From positions 96,001 through 160,000 of the IMG/VR virus record IMGVR_UViG_3300042275_000518: a stretch of DNA of 64,000 bases, one strand, 5' to 3'. The position numbers and the translations under genes were made by a program. This document shows, one piece after another, positions 50,328 to 61,088 of this stretch. This DNA is from a virus (lineage: Duplodnaviria; Caudoviricetes). Every line of letters starts with the position of its first letter. Within the stretch, counting starts at the first letter, position 1. Below the pieces are notes generated by a model that worked only from the letters and a program-made list of their open reading frames with translations, was not told the origin of the DNA and did not search any database.

Positions 50328-50756
50328 CTATCTTATTTTTATCCACAACTCCAAGTCTTCTGGAAGGTTAGGATTTAATTCTAATAATTGACAGAATTCA
50401 TCAATCTTTTCTCGAACTTTTTCATCTTCGAATTCATGTCTCCGTAGGAATGCTATGAATCCGTTTATTATTTCTAGCACATCTTCACTATTCAAATCTG
50501 GATAGTCAACAAATGCTAATTCATATACTTTTAAACTACCATGGAACGGGTCAGGCCAGTGAGACTGCACTTCTACATCAAAAAAGACCTTTTCGATTTT
50601 GTCCCTTTCGGTTATATCAAATGATGTTGTAATTGAATCTGTAGGTTTAACCCATGGATACTTTATAGGAATGATTTTCTTCAATATTTCTTGTGCTTTT
50701 TTATGGTCACCATAATACTTCTCGATAACCTCTTGCATAGGAAAATCTTTCTTCAT
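50328..50756 (-). CDS. Hypothetical protein with shared C-terminal motif
   Basis: Ends EDLELWIKIR. Confidence 0.7.
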   Translation of the reverse strand: MKKDFPMQEVIEKYYGDHKKAQEILKKIIPIKYPWVKPTDSITTSFDITERDKIEKVFFDVEVQSHWPDPFHGSLKVYELAFVDYPDLNSEDVLEIINGFIAFLRRHEFEDEKVREKIDEFCQLLELNPNLPEDLELWIKIR

Positions 50757-50757
50757 C

Positions 50758-51858
50758 CTATCCCTCTCTTTCGTCTTTAATAAATTTTTGGAAGACCATA
50801 CGTCTAAATGGTTCTCTCCAGGCGTCTCTTGATTTTAATGACAAGAATATCATATGCATTTTAGACTTAGTTTCCGGACTAGTTGCAATAACCTTTCGGT
50901 CAGAGAATTCGCCAGAAGCCCACTTCGCAGAGTATCCAAGCATTTCAGTTTCAAATTCTTTATAGAACGCAAATACTGTTTCAATATTTTCTTTGATATT
51001 TGGATGAGAAACTGCCGAAGCAACTAAATCATCATAAGTATCGTCAAAAATAGCATCCACTACAATTGAAAGCTTTCTGTATGTGAAGAATCTTCCGAAG
51101 AAGATTGCCACATCTTTTGACTTCATAAAATAGTCCTCAGTTTTAACTTTAAGCATATGGCCTGATTTAAATTTAATAACGAATCCTTCAACATCTTTCA
51201 ATTCAGATTGTGCTTTTTCAAGTTCATCTAATGATAGGTCATATTTCTTAACCATTGGAATATCTAATTCTCCTGCAGCAAGTCTAACTGTACTTGGGCT
51301 TAATATTGGTCCGTTTAAAAGAATTATATCATGAAGAATTAATTTTTCTTCTGGGTAATGAATCACTATTTGGTATCTTGGAGATACTAATTCAAATAGA
51401 AATGTTGCATGTAAAAGTTTCATTTTAGATACTATGAAATCTTTTTGATCTTTATTAAATTTATTCTCAAATAACTCTTTTGCCAATAATGCATGCTCAC
51501 TTTCAAAACTTCCTGACGATGCGAATATTAACTCGCCTTCATACAAGAATGTCATGATTAATGAGCCATCCACTTTTTCTTGCACTTCATACTCTTCATC
51601 TTTCCAATCAGAAAGTTGGCGAATATGTTCTGGAAGATCTTCTCTTCCTTCAAGTTCCTTATAATTGAAAAACTTCTTATAAGGTCTTGCTATAATATTA
51701 CCAGAGGAATCTAAAATTAGACCTCTGGCATCCAATGCGCCCTCAATCGACCAGTCAATGCCAAGATGGATATACTTGACAAGATAAAGATCCTTTTCAG
51801 GATGTTTATTGACCATAAAATATTGTGGGTACTGTCTGTAATGTTCTAATAAATTCAT
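50758..51858 (-). CDS. T4 Rnl1-like RNA ligase
   Basis: ARGLI, RPYKKFFN, EKVDGS, FE, EGFVI, KVK. Confidence 0.9.
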   Translation of the reverse strand: MNLLEHYRQYPQYFMVNKHPEKDLYLVKYIHLGIDWSIEGALDARGLILDSSGNIIARPYKKFFNYKELEGREDLPEHIRQLSDWKDEEYEVQEKVDGSLIMTFLYEGELIFASSGSFESEHALLAKELFENKFNKDQKDFIVSKMKLLHATFLFELVSPRYQIVIHYPEEKLILHDIILLNGPILSPSTVRLAAGELDIPMVKKYDLSLDELEKAQSELKDVEGFVIKFKSGHMLKVKTEDYFMKSKDVAIFFGRFFTYRKLSIVVDAIFDDTYDDLVASAVSHPNIKENIETVFAFYKEFETEMLGYSAKWASGEFSDRKVIATSPETKSKMHMIFLSLKSRDAWREPFRRMVFQKFIKDEREG

Positions 51859-51883
51859 AATTTTAAATTCCTCCTTGTTATTT

Positions 51884-52429
51884 TTAGGAATCTTTTCCTT
51901 CATATCCTTTTGTTTTGATAGTAAAACCTTTACTAGTGAATAGTTCGTTAAGCTCATCATCAAAGAATTGCTCAAGCATTGAATCAGGAGAATTAAGTGC
52001 ATCTATCGCGTAATCATAATATTCTAGAACATAATTACCTAACTCATAAAAATATTCATCATTCTCATCAAAAATATTATGTCTTGGATCAGATTCAAGT
52101 ACTTTTTCACCGTTTATCTCATTGAGATACAAATAAACATCTATACCATTATATCTAACCTGATAGTGAACTTCTAAATTTAAATTTAATGATTTTAAAT
52201 TTCTAACATCAATGTCCTGACCTGTACTGTTGCTTAGAACTTGGTTAAGCTCATTAATACTCATTCTAATTCTTCTAGGCGGTACAATAGTTTCAACACT
52301 AAAAGATACTTTTGTTTTGTTTACTTGGAACTCTTTTTTCGTAATTCCATTTGAAATGTGCGTCTTAATTTTTTCAAGGGCTTTTTCTAATAGAGAGTCA
52401 TCCTCAAAGTTAATAATTAATTTTTTCAT
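51884..52429 (-). CDS. Hypothetical protein
   Basis: 181 aa, GAGGAGG RBS. Confidence 0.7.
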   Translation of the reverse strand: MKKLIINFEDDSLLEKALEKIKTHISNGITKKEFQVNKTKVSFSVETIVPPRRIRMSINELNQVLSNSTGQDIDVRNLKSLNLNLEVHYQVRYNGIDVYLYLNEINGEKVLESDPRHNIFDENDEYFYELGNYVLEYYDYAIDALNSPDSMLEQFFDDELNELFTSKGFTIKTKGYEGKDS

Positions 52430-52452
52430 AATTTTAAATTCCTCCTCTTATT

Positions 52453-52857
52453 TTAAACTATAAAGAATGCACTCCACGATTTTTCATTGAATACATCATC
52501 TAAAAATATTTTTGTTTTTATATAAGCTTCTCCTATACCATAACACAATATGCTTTCAGGGTCTCCTTCAATAATATCCTCACCATCTATAAATCTAGCA
52601 ATTATATGGTATATACTTTTATATTCTTCTTTGAATAGTTGATTCAATATTTTTAAAATTTCTGATTCATTTTCTTCCAAAAACCAATCGGGACCTTCTT
52701 CGTCATCAAAGAAGGATACTTGGAACATTAACGGTTTATGCATTTGAAACTCAATTCGACTATCATCATCTGCAAGAAATTCTTTTATGTTTTTCCATTT
52801 TGTAGGATATACAGTGTTAAATTCTTTAAACAGAATAGCCATTTCATCATATGTCAA
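52453..52857 (-). CDS. Hypothetical protein
   Basis: 134-aa ORF. Confidence 0.65.
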   Translation of the reverse strand: MTYDEMAILFKEFNTVYPTKWKNIKEFLADDDSRIEFQMHKPLMFQVSFFDDEEGPDWFLEENESEILKILNQLFKEEYKSIYHIIARFIDGEDIIEGDPESILCYGIGEAYIKTKIFLDDVFNEKSWSAFFIV

Positions 52858-53048
52858 TTTTCTAATAATTTTAGTTTCCTCCTTGTTTTAATACTTTTTT
52901 AGCAAACTTCACTATCTTTTCCTTATCTTCTTTTGATAACTCTATTTCGGTGAATCCTGTTAATTGCAGTATCATTGTATATAGCTGCTTTGCTTCTAAT
53001 TCTGTAATTTTAATATTTTTATCCATTACTTTTAGTTCCTCCTTTGTT

Positions 53049-53357
53049 TTATTTAACGTCTACTTCTTGTACAACAATTTGAATACATTCCATAATATCA
53101 TTATACCACTCTTCAGGGTCTAATTTTTCTGCTGGAAATTCTTCATCTGTATCCCATCTCATTGCTACGATTCTTCTAGATTCGTCTACAACTTTTTCAT
53201 CTTCTTCATGTATCCAAACTTCTTTGAATTTTTCATCTGCAAGTTTTTCAGCATCATCTTTATTAGAAAAAGTATCTAATAACTCCTCTTCCACTGTCCA
53301 CATTTCTGTTTCTGGACTATCAAATCCAGTAATTTCTTTTACTTGATATATTTTCAT
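53049..53357 (-). CDS. Hypothetical acidic protein
   Basis: GGAGG RBS. Confidence 0.7.
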   Translation of the reverse strand: MKIYQVKEITGFDSPETEMWTVEEELLDTFSNKDDAEKLADEKFKEVWIHEEDEKVVDESRRIVAMRWDTDEEFPAEKLDPEEWYNDIMECIQIVVQEVDVK

Positions 53358-53378
53358 AATTTTATTTCCTCCCAATTT

Positions 53379-53723
53379 TTATTTTATTAACTCTTTTATT
53401 TTTTTATTAATATCTGGATGTTTTTTAGCTTTTTCCTCTTTAAATGTGATTTTTCCACCAGAGTTAGCTATTTTAATTTCTCCTATACCAGTGTGTTGCC
53501 CTTGAGTAACCTTATCATCCACCATTATATAAAATCCTCTCGAGGATTTGTACCATTGAGGTGCAATAACTACTGGAAAATTACAAATTTTATTTAATTC
53601 GCTTTTTAGATCTGATACTAATTGATCTGATACTGAGTTTTTAAGTTCATATTCTAATTTTTCAATTTCAGAATTTAGTCTGCCTATTTCTTGCGTTTTA
53701 TTTATATATTCGTCAAATATCAT
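53379..53723 (-). CDS. Hypothetical protein
   Basis: 114 aa. Confidence 0.7.
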   Translation of the reverse strand: MIFDEYINKTQEIGRLNSEIEKLEYELKNSVSDQLVSDLKSELNKICNFPVVIAPQWYKSSRGFYIMVDDKVTQGQHTGIGEIKIANSGGKITFKEEKAKKHPDINKKIKELIK

Positions 53724-53740
53724 TCTAAAATCCTCCTTCT

Positions 53741-53968
53741 TTAATAAAGATAATCTCCCTGGTTATCTAAATCATCATAATATTTTCTTTCTGCAAATTC
53801 TTCTATTTCTTCATTTTCTAAAAGTGCACTGCATGCAAACGTTCCATGAAATTTAATAGTTAACCTTTTATAAAACTGACCTTTTTGTATAATATCACCA
53901 GTTATAGGGCATTTAAACTCCTTAGTTGCAGTATGTTCACTTATTTTTGTTATAGGGCCTCTACCCAT
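53741..53968 (-). CDS. Hypothetical protein (possible Zn finger)
   Basis: ATKEFKC.ITG..I.KGQ.Y. Confidence 0.65.
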   Translation of the reverse strand: MGRGPITKISEHTATKEFKCPITGDIIQKGQFYKRLTIKFHGTFACSALLENEEIEEFAERKYYDDLDNQGDYLY

Positions 53969-53981
53969 TTAAATTTACCTC

Positions 53982-54326
53982 CTAATGGAATTTTCTCCAT
54001 AACTTAAAATCTTCTTTGTCCATTTCTAATAAAGACTTAACTACCTCAAAAGGAATAACTTTGATATCTGGATCATTTTCGAAAAATACCATATCAAATA
54101 CTACTTGGTTATATTTTGGATGATCTTTATCATCTATAAGTTCTATAACAACTGCTTTAAGATTTTTAAATATTTTTTCAGCAGTATTACTCAAATAGAA
54201 TGAATATGTCTTTTCAGAAATCTTTAACTTTTCTGTTTCGTCAATTTTTTTCATTATATCCATATATTCATTTCCACCGGTTACTTTGATTGAGATCTTA
54301 TTTCTTAATATCTCTTCAATACTCAT
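53982..54326 (-). CDS. Hypothetical protein with shared C-terminal motif
   Basis: Ends EDFKLWRKFH. Confidence 0.7.
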   Translation of the reverse strand: MSIEEILRNKISIKVTGGNEYMDIMKKIDETEKLKISEKTYSFYLSNTAEKIFKNLKAVVIELIDDKDHPKYNQVVFDMVFFENDPDIKVIPFEVVKSLLEMDKEDFKLWRKFH

Positions 54327-54328
54327 AG

Positions 54329-54796
54329 TTAAACCTTATCCGATAAAAATTCATTATCATTTAGTCTAATTTTTTCTTGTGATTGAATCTCTAAATCATC
54401 AATCCATTTCTCAAAATTTACTTCGATTAATTCTACAAATTTATCATTGTTTCCTCTTTGCTTCAATCTTTGAACATATGTTTCTTTTGAGTCTTTTGAT
54501 GGATAAGCAAGTTTAAACTCAATACCTCTCTCTTGAAGAATTGATCTTACTTGTGGATCCATTGAAATAAATACTGTTTTACCTTCATCGCTTAGTTTTG
54601 TCATTTCAGAAATATAGTTTTCAGGCCATTCTGGACTTTGTTCCTTTGGTAGACCTTTTCTTTCCTCAACTGACATTTCTAATTGTTCTTGTGGAATTAC
54701 CCACTTAAAATTACTTGATTCTAAATCTACAAATTTATTTGGTTGTTCTTGTGCAAGAGTTGTCTTTCCAATTCCTGCAAATCCTGAAATAATCAT
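54329..54796 (-). CDS. P-loop kinase-like protein
   Basis: IISGFAGIGKTT...DLESS. Confidence 0.75.
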   Translation of the reverse strand: MIISGFAGIGKTTLAQEQPNKFVDLESSNFKWVIPQEQLEMSVEERKGLPKEQSPEWPENYISEMTKLSDEGKTVFISMDPQVRSILQERGIEFKLAYPSKDSKETYVQRLKQRGNNDKFVELIEVNFEKWIDDLEIQSQEKIRLNDNEFLSDKV

Positions 54797-54990
54797 AGTT
54801 CCCCCTTTTCGATTCCATCAATAATTGTATCTAACTCATCGTCTTCAAGATAGAATACATCTTTTTTATATTTTTTACGTGCTAATGATGATACTGTATC
54901 CATTAATTGCATGAATCTAAGATCTGGAAATTGCTTCCATAATTCAGTTATTTTTTTCATTAGCGGATCGATTCTTTTAATATCTCTCAT
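54793..54990 (-). CDS. DUF1040-like small protein
   Basis: MRD.KRI......W...PDLRF.QL...FY.EDD. Confidence 0.7.
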   Translation of the reverse strand: MRDIKRIDPLMKKITELWKQFPDLRFMQLMDTVSSLARKKYKKDVFYLEDDELDTIIDGIEKGEL

Positions 54991-54992
54991 TT

Positions 54993-55340
54993 TTATTCTC
55001 TCCCTCTGAGTTTCAATAGTAGTTTTGATTCTTCACTGAGGCCTTCTTTTATATTTTTATACATATTAATAATAATTTCTGGTGGTGTTATAGTCATATC
55101 CATGGCTGCTGCAGCTAAGATGTCAGTAAGAATATTTATATAATATTTTCCACCATCATTCTTCCAATCTTCATAAAGTTCTCTCAGATATTTGTAATCA
55201 TATCCAGTATCTAGTTCAATCTGTAAAAGAGAATCAACTATATGTGAATCATTTTCCATATTTTCCAATAACTTGATTTCTTCAAAACAATTTTCAATCT
55301 GTTGCGTAAAATAATTTACTAAAAATGTTGTAATACGCAT
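54993..55340 (-). CDS. Hypothetical protein with shared C-terminal motif
   Basis: Ends EESKLLLKLRGRE. Confidence 0.7.
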   Translation of the reverse strand: MRITTFLVNYFTQQIENCFEEIKLLENMENDSHIVDSLLQIELDTGYDYKYLRELYEDWKNDGGKYYINILTDILAAAAMDMTITPPEIIINMYKNIKEGLSEESKLLLKLRGRE

Positions 55341-55723
55341 TATCTATTGTACCACATTACATGACTATATGATTCATCTAGATTTTGTACTGTATAGATA
55401 TCATCATATTCATATCTACCATCTGAATAGGCACCAGAACCATCATAGTCAATGATACCACCAGATTCGACCATCTTCTTGAATTCCTTCATGGTAAAAA
55501 GGCCACCAATATCTGGCTGTCCATTTATCATCGTTATTTCAGTTCTTTTTTCTTTACTATGGTCTTTGTCATTTGATATTAATTTATTTGATGCACTTAC
55601 TCTGCTACGGGACTTAATAACCCCAAAATGCGAATCTTCGGCTATAAATTCAGCAACACCAGCATTCGGTGCCTCAACTTTATATATTTCTTTAACTATA
55701 ATTTCAACTTCATATACTGGCAT
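55340..55723 (-). CDS. Hypothetical protein
   Basis: IDYDGSG...HVMWYNR. Confidence 0.7.
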   Translation of the reverse strand: MPVYEVEIIVKEIYKVEAPNAGVAEFIAEDSHFGVIKSRSRVSASNKLISNDKDHSKEKRTEITMINGQPDIGGLFTMKEFKKMVESGGIIDYDGSGAYSDGRYEYDDIYTVQNLDESYSHVMWYNR

Positions 55724-55724
55724 A

Positions 55725-55901
55725 CTACGCCTCCTTTTTAGAATGTTCTTTCAAATTCTCCATAGGAACTTCAATTGTTTTAAGTTCCCCTTCCCACTCA
55801 ATATTAACTTTTGGATCAGGCCAAGAATCTTCAACAAATAAACCTGTTAAACCTGCGGCCCAATGATTACCTATGATTTTTACTAAATCGTCTTTTTTCA
55901 T
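55725..55901 (-). CDS. Small hypothetical protein (58 aa)
   Basis: Manual translation MKKDDLVKIIGNHWAAGLTG..., fills operon gap. Confidence 0.55.
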   Translation of the reverse strand: MKKDDLVKIIGNHWAAGLTGLFVEDSWPDPKVNIEWEGELKTIEVPMENLKEHSKKEA

Positions 55902-55913
55902 AATATCCTTCTA

Positions 55914-56393
55914 TTAGTCCCAGAACATAGCATGATACTTTTCTAAAAGCATGAAAAGTTCTTTACTATCTTCTTCATAATTTCCTTTATCTGGATATCT
56001 ATCCCAATTCTCATCTTCTTCTAATACACAACTAATAAGGAAACTTATTCTATCGACTATTAGCTCATAGGCCATCATCGCAATTCTTGATGTTTCGTCA
56101 TTTAGAATTTCTGTTTCTTTTAATTGATATAATACTATCGGAGAGAAGCCAAATGCGCGTCTTTTCATATTTTTAATATAATTCTGCAAATATCCCCTTA
56201 CAGATTCCAGCATGATACTATCAGTCATCCACCAAGTAGTAGGAAAATATCCTGTCGCTACCCATTTACAAGTATACCAGAGAGCTCTTGGAAGATACCT
56301 GAAAAATGCAAATATTTTTTTGAAAATATTTCTTCTGTTACTTCCTATTACGACTTTCCAGCCGATAAGAAGCTCTTCAATGCTCCAACGCAT
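55914..56393 (-). CDS. Hypothetical protein
   Basis: 159 aa ending MFWD. Confidence 0.7.
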   Translation of the reverse strand: MRWSIEELLIGWKVVIGSNRRNIFKKIFAFFRYLPRALWYTCKWVATGYFPTTWWMTDSIMLESVRGYLQNYIKNMKRRAFGFSPIVLYQLKETEILNDETSRIAMMAYELIVDRISFLISCVLEEDENWDRYPDKGNYEEDSKELFMLLEKYHAMFWD

Positions 56394-56402
56394 ATTTTCC
56401 TC

Positions 56403-56675
56403 CTATTCTCGATGAAGTTTATACCATAATAATGCTGCTTCATCGTCCTCAAATTCAAATATATCATTAATTGATATAAATGTAATACCTCCACCTTCAT
56501 GAAAAATCTTATCTTCAATAAGTTCTTCAACTTCAAACTCATCACCTTCAAATATAAAATTCTTTGCCTTAATCTCATCTTTTGTGATTACACGACCAAG
56601 TATTTTTTCTGTTAAAAGTGTTCCATTTTCTAGTCGGACTTTTCTCAAAACTCCATATTTTTTTAGTATCCCCAT
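56403..56675 (-). CDS. Hypothetical protein with shared C-terminal motif
   Basis: Ends EFEDDEAALLWYKLHRE. Confidence 0.7.
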   Translation of the reverse strand: MGILKKYGVLRKVRLENGTLLTEKILGRVITKDEIKAKNFIFEGDEFEVEELIEDKIFHEGGGITFISINDIFEFEDDEAALLWYKLHRE

Positions 56676-56968
56676 TTTTGTATATCCTCTTCTATTTTAG
56701 TTGGGTCACCAATAGTTACAATAGGATATGTTTCATGAGGACGTGCTTCGTTATTAATTCTAACAGCTTTAATTTCTATTTTTAGATTATATTTTTCTGG
56801 GTTATAATGCATTTTTACATCATCAATAACTTCTTCAAAAATATATTCTAATTGCCCTTTTTCATCTAGTCTTTCTGACGCTTCTTTATACAGACTGAGA
56901 TTTGCCCTAGCAACTTCATCTGTTTCTTTGTAGTGCCACCAGACTTTGTAGTGCATTCCTACTAACAT
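56663..56968 (-). CDS. Hypothetical protein
   Basis: Start at ATG 56968 with GGAGG. Confidence 0.6.
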   Translation of the reverse strand: MLVGMHYKVWWHYKETDEVARANLSLYKEASERLDEKGQLEYIFEEVIDDVKMHYNPEKYNLKIEIKAVRINNEARPHETYPIVTIGDPTKIEEDIQKWGY

Positions 56969-56978
56969 ATCTTCCCTC

Positions 56979-57365
56979 CTAATATTGTGACAATAGGTTT
57001 GTAATTGCTTGAAGTAAATCGATACTGATATTGTAGTCATGAAGTAAAAGCGCGCCGTTGAGCTCACTAAATTTTCTGTCATATCTAACCATTACAAAAC
57101 TGCCAATTTCGATAGTAACTTCATTTTCATCAATTTTAATATCTATTTCTTCACCGAACTCTTCTTTAAATAATTTTTTAACATCGATTGGAGTAACTTT
57201 TTTGATGTCTAATAATTCTTTTTCAGTTCTCTCTTTTCCAAATGGAATTCTTACATCAATAAATCCGTCTAGGAAATCTGCGTTATAGACTGTCCCCTCA
57301 ACTTTTTGTCCTTGAATCTCAATTTCACTAATACCAACTTTAATTGGTCCTTCAAATGCTTTCAT
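56979..57365 (-). CDS. Hypothetical protein
   Basis: 128 aa. Confidence 0.7.
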   Translation of the reverse strand: MKAFEGPIKVGISEIEIQGQKVEGTVYNADFLDGFIDVRIPFGKERTEKELLDIKKVTPIDVKKLFKEEFGEEIDIKIDENEVTIEIGSFVMVRYDRKFSELNGALLLHDYNISIDLLQAITNLLSQY

Positions 57366-57379
57366 ATAATTTCCTCCTT

Positions 57380-57688
57380 TTATTTTTCTCCACTTATATA
57401 AGTGATAGTTGTTACAAAATAATCTTCTGATAAATCATTTTTAGTTTCTAGTATTACTCCACCACTTTTGATTATATCATTTAGTACAGAATTCAAACCA
57501 TTAAGCTCAGACATATTCTTCCTCTCTATTGGAATAATAGATGTCCTTATATCAAGATCGACATTTTGCAACTTTGCATATACTAGTATTTCGTCTAATA
57601 AATCTATTTGTGCTTGTAATTCAGGTGATTGGTCTTTTATTGATCTAAGATCTCTTTGTCTTTCTAATAAATATTTAGCTAATTTCAT
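57380..57688 (-). CDS. Hypothetical protein
   Basis: 102 aa. Confidence 0.7.
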   Translation of the reverse strand: MKLAKYLLERQRDLRSIKDQSPELQAQIDLLDEILVYAKLQNVDLDIRTSIIPIERKNMSELNGLNSVLNDIIKSGGVILETKNDLSEDYFVTTITYISGEK

Positions 57689-57689
57689 A

Positions 57690-58037
57690 TTATCTCCTTA
57701 ATTTTAATAATAATTTTAATGACTCTTCATCGATATTTTCTAATTCCTCTGTATCTATAATAAAATAGTCAAAAATATTACGATCAAAGGATTCCCATTT
57801 TTCACTTTCTAACTCATCTATTATAGTTCCTCTATATATGTATCTTTTATCTTCTACATATTTTAGAAAGGGAATAGTTAGTAGAATGTCATCAAATTCT
57901 GAATGACTACTATATAAAATATTATCTTCAAAGAGCATAATAGAAAGTCTGTAATCTTTTTCTTTTAGAAATATGGCTGATTTTTCTTTAACTTCATCTA
58001 AAATTATCGCAATTTTTTTATTTAAATCTTTTTGCAT
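57690..58037 (-). CDS. Hypothetical protein with shared C-terminal motif
   Basis: Ends EESLKLLLKLRR. Confidence 0.7.
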   Translation of the reverse strand: MQKDLNKKIAIILDEVKEKSAIFLKEKDYRLSIMLFEDNILYSSHSEFDDILLTIPFLKYVEDKRYIYRGTIIDELESEKWESFDRNIFDYFIIDTEELENIDEESLKLLLKLRR

Positions 58038-58115
58038 ACTATTCCTCCTTATTTATTCACACTACCTCATTCTTATAATATATAAATAAAAGAAATATTA
58101 AAAAAGTAATAATCC

Positions 58116-60691
58116 TTAACGGATTATTACTAATTTTTTCTTCGCACGAGTTATTGAGGTGTATAAATGTTTATTTGCATCCTTGCCAAAAACATGACTT
58201 TCATCTATAATGACTACTTTGTCCCACTCACTACCTTGTGCTTTATGGGTAGAAATTACATAGCCATATTCTAATCTATTTATTTGCCTATCTTCTAAAG
58301 CATCTCTTTCATTGAGTATATATTCCATAACCCTCTTACGGAAGTCTTCAATATCTTCATTATACCCTTTTTTGGTAAGCCATTTTTTAAGTTTGTATTC
58401 TCCATTTGCCATAAAATAAGCTTTTTGGTGCATATCATATGACCATTTATCATTTAGAAATATTCCTGTATCATATATAATATCTTCTGTAATCTCCTCA
58501 AGGAAATCAGCTTTGAAAGATACAACGCCGAGATTAATTTTTTCTTCAAGAACTTTATTAGTTTCTATGCTCCCGATTGTACCGTTAACAAGATTATACT
58601 TTTCCTCTTCATCTAGAAACAACTGCCAGTTATTGACTGTAAATATAACTTTATCACCTTGTATAGGAAGCTTATTTGCAATAGTATCAATACCTTTGTA
58701 TTTTCTAATCTCATTATTCCAATACTTACGAGTTGAGTTAGTCCCACATATAACTTGATCTGCTTTTAGTAGAAGATTCTTCATCTGTACTGGTGTTATC
58801 ATATTCCGATTTAATACTAGAACATCACCATAATCACCATAAGGAATATCCCGACCAGTTCTTGCAAGTGTTGCAAGTTTAATAATTGGGTTATCTTCAG
58901 CCTGACGAACTATTTCTTCAAGGATGTAATTTGGTTTTTCTAAATAATCATTAGACCCCTCTATTGGGGGTAATTGCTTGTCATTCAATTAAAGTCGTTA
59001 ATTTTAATTCGTTCTCTTATGAACTGCTGCATATTTCTATACAGATTGGACTATATCTTCTCCTATAGGAGTTTCCCGCTTCCACCCACTTGGGTGTACT
59101 CTACTAAATTACTATTATATTCTTCATAATAATTATTGAGATTGATTTCGTTATCTTTATTTATAGAATATAAATTGTATTTTTCGATAGTCTCTGAACT
59201 TTTTCCAGATATAATATTATTAATTATTTTCTTAACTCTTGTATTATGTTTATATGGTATTCTAATGAGAGTATATTGTGTATTTTTTACATAATTATTC
59301 TTTATATTATCATTTGTATGTGAGTTTATAAATTTTTCCAAATCTGTATGAAATGCAAATTCAAAATGTTGTCGTCCATCGTATTCTATTATTATATTAA
59401 GTTCTGGTATAAAAATATCATATCTAAGCGGCCCACCACCAACCCCGTTTATTCCCGGAGACCATTCTTGATAAAATTCTATATTATTTTCATTTAATAT
59501 ATTTCTAATAGTTCTTATGGCATATGAATTTCTTTTTTCACAGTAGGGACATCTTCTTCCACGTAAAAAATGTGTTGGTGCCACTTTATAATGATGACCA
59601 CAAGAATGTCTAACTTCAATTTTCGTTTTATCATTCTTATATTTTTCTAAAAATGTATAGTCATTTGCATTTTCTAGTTTAGACACTTCTTTTAAGAATT
59701 CCTCATTAGTTTTCTTTTTCGTTCCACCACATACTGGACAACCTCTGCCATTTACTAAATAGGAAGGTTCCATTTCAAATTCAAAGCCACAACTATGTTT
59801 AAATCAACATTTATCTTTATAAGATTTAAATCCGGACAAATAAGTATAACCTTCTGGAATTTCATCTAAAAGGTTTTCTTTTGTTAAATTTTTTCTTTTG
59901 CATTTTGGACATCCACCCTTTTTTCTCAATAAATCTTTTGGTATTGAGAGAAATTCATGCCCACAATTATGTTTTATAAGAATTTTTGTTTTATTATTCT
60001 TATACTCATCTAAAACTTCGTATTCTTTACCATATATATCATATACTTCTTTTTTAAAACATTCGAGAGTTTTTTGTTTTCCCATAATATCGCCTCCATA
60101 ATAAAATATTGTTAGCGACTGAGTACAGCTTTTTTCTTAATTAATAAACTGGAACTTAGCTGCTGATTGTCTTCGCCATTACGCGGTCAGAGTTTCCAGC
60201 AATTCAAGAAATTTATTTTATAGACCCAAGCCAATTTCTAAACCAGGGTCACCTACACCTAAAACTGGTATTCCAAAACTTAATAAATCTTTCATTATCT
60301 TTTTATTTACCATTGAGATCTCATCGACTATAATCAGTTTATAACTTGGTATTGAATCATTCTTAACAAATTCAATTTTCTTTTCTACTATAGTCTCACC
60401 ATTTAATTTTGATTTAAATTCTTTTTCGACAGGAGTATAAACTAGTCTATGAATAGTTGTTGCAGGTAGACCTTTTACAAGTAATACACTTGCAGCTTTC
60501 CCTGTATATGCAACAAACGATATTTGATGTTTCTTCAATCCCAGGTGCTTAGGCAACTTAGATATTAGATAACTTTTACCAGTTCCAGCGTAGCCTGACA
60601 AATAGAAGAAATTTGACTTTCTTTCTTTATTATTATACCATTCTTCTATAAGATTCATGGCATTCTCTTGGTCTTTTGTAAATTGCTCCAT
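58116..60691 (-). CDS. Dda/RecD-like SF1B DNA helicase; exons 60242-60691 and 58116-58976 (436 aa)
   Basis: GYAGTGKS, TIHRL, VDEISM, GDPG|QLPP, IVRQ, HKAQGSEW, LYTSITRA. Confidence 0.92.
58977..60241 (-). mobile_element. Group I intron in helicase motif III with endonuclease ORF
   Basis: IGS GGCTTGGGTC pairs with exon GACCCTGGT; core motifs; terminal G. Confidence 0.9.
59063..60085 (-). CDS. Intron-encoded endonuclease (Zn-ribbon repeats + DUF559-like); UGA at 59804 read as Trp
   Basis: YKDKC(W)FKHSCGFEFEMEP joins two ORFs in frame; YDIFIP...IEYDGRQH. Confidence 0.82.
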
Positions 60692-60757
60692 CTCTTCACC
60701 CTTTTCTTCACATATAAAAAGTAGTTCAAAGCAATCTAAATAATAAAAAAGAATGCT

Positions 60758-61012
60758 TTATTGCATTCTTTTATCTTTTCTTGACGTTAAAACCCAACCT
60801 CCAATTAGGAGCAGCAAATTAATCCAAGAGAAAACTGCTGAAACAAGTGGTTCATCAAATCCTAGACTTAGTCCAAGACTAATTAATAGTAAACCTATTA
60901 TTAGTATTGCAAAGTTTCTGCTGGTTCTATAGTCACCTTTCATTTCAAAATATACTTCTAAAACAATTACAATTGTTGTCAAAATCCTTACTGATAAAAA
61001 TAATATCAACAT
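60758..61012 (-). CDS. Small membrane protein
   Basis: 3 hydrophobic segments. Confidence 0.65.
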   Translation of the reverse strand: MLILFLSVRILTTIVIVLEVYFEMKGDYRTSRNFAILIIGLLLISLGLSLGFDEPLVSAVFSWINLLLLIGGWVLTSRKDKRMQ

Positions 61013-61088
61013 ATATTTTCCTCCTATTTTCTATATATTGCTATAATTATAATATATATTTAAAAAATAAGAATACCATAAGGTATCC

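Noticed and set aside
51857-53375. Repeated ATAATTTTA(A/G)TTCCTCC motif
   Set aside because: Reverse complement of a stereotyped Shine-Dalgarno/spacer, not an independent element
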